Positions 31,765-32,000 of a stretch of 32,000 nt of DNA are shown piece after piece (position 1 is the first letter of the stretch; each line of letters opens with the position of its first letter). This stretch comes from Candidatus Hadarchaeota archaeon (GTDB lineage Archaea > Hadarchaeota > Hadarchaeia > Hadarchaeales > Hadarchaeaceae). The DNA lies in contig CAZETV010000002.1 of the NCBI GenBank assembly GCA_964514965.1, positions 156,445 through 188,444 of the forward strand, written 5' to 3'. A model generated the notes under the pieces. That model made no database searches. It was not told where the DNA came from and saw only the letters and a list, made by a program, of their open reading frames with translations. Both the position numbers and the translations under genes were made by a program.

Positions 31765-32000
31765 TTACCTGGTGAAGAAGTAGACATTGCCATCAGCACT
31801 ACCAGCGGCGATATAGGATCCGTCAGAGGAGATTGAAACTGACCAGACCACACTACCAGTCGCATATGACCAAAGCGGAGTGCTACCACCTCTAGAGAAG
31901 AGATAAACATTGTCGTCATAACTGCTGGCGGCGATATAAGAGCCATCAGAGGAGATTGAAACTGACCAGACCACACTACCAGTCGCATATGACCAAAGCG
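31765..32000 (-). CDS. 3' end of a beta-propeller (WD40/PQQ-like) repeat protein, truncated by window edge
   Basis: ...LWSYATGSVVWSVSISSDGSYIAASSYDDNVYLFSRGGSTPLWSYATGSVVWSVSISSDGSYIAAGSADGNVYFFTR*. Confidence 0.75.
   Translation of the reverse strand, partial: LWSYATGSVVWSVSISSDGSYIAASSYDDNVYLFSRGGSTPLWSYATGSVVWSVSISSDGSYIAAGSADGNVYFFTR
31805..32000. repeat. Direct tandem repeat with 123-bp period (41 codons)
   Basis: A 55-nt block at 31823-31877 is identical to 31946-32000 (offset 123 bp), with further similarity upstream. Confidence 0.93.

Overview
The window is an archaeal chromosomal segment, probably euryarchaeal-type by gene content. Positions 1-19.5 kb, all on the minus strand, are a dense informational supercluster: rpoH-rpoB-rpoA1-rpoA2-L30e-NusA-S12-S7-EF1A-S10-tRNA-Ser-archease-RtcB-SPOUT methyltransferase-L3-L4-L23-L2-S19-L22-S3-L29-aIF1-Rpp29-S17-L14. 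Positions 19.5-22 kb hold stable RNA genes that the ORF track does not show: tRNA-Lys(UUU), tRNA-Asp(GUC), a 5S rRNA, and a tRNA-Tyr that appears to carry two introns. One of these introns is a 20-nt T-loop intron at 59/60 with a textbook bulge-helix-bulge fold. An AT-rich stretch with an MntP-like gene and thyX lies beside them. A diverged copy of the 3' half of tRNA-Asp sits about 1.2 kb downstream of the intact gene, the arrangement left by tRNA-targeted integration. Positions 22-27.6 kb carry DUF763, a small winged-helix protein, nadC-nadA-aspartate dehydrogenase, and a B12-binding-like radical SAM protein. Positions 27.7-32 kb are plus-strand accessory genes (winged-helix regulator, RND/MMPL exporter, zinc ribbon, small membrane protein), a ~390 bp gap containing a strong imperfect hairpin, and the 3' end of a minus-strand beta-propeller-type gene with near-identical 123-bp repeats. 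I did not find a CRISPR array, an intact transposon, or a recognisable defence system. The best candidates for a second look are the two-intron tRNA-Tyr, the tRNA-Asp 3' fragment flanking thyX, and the orphan hairpin region.
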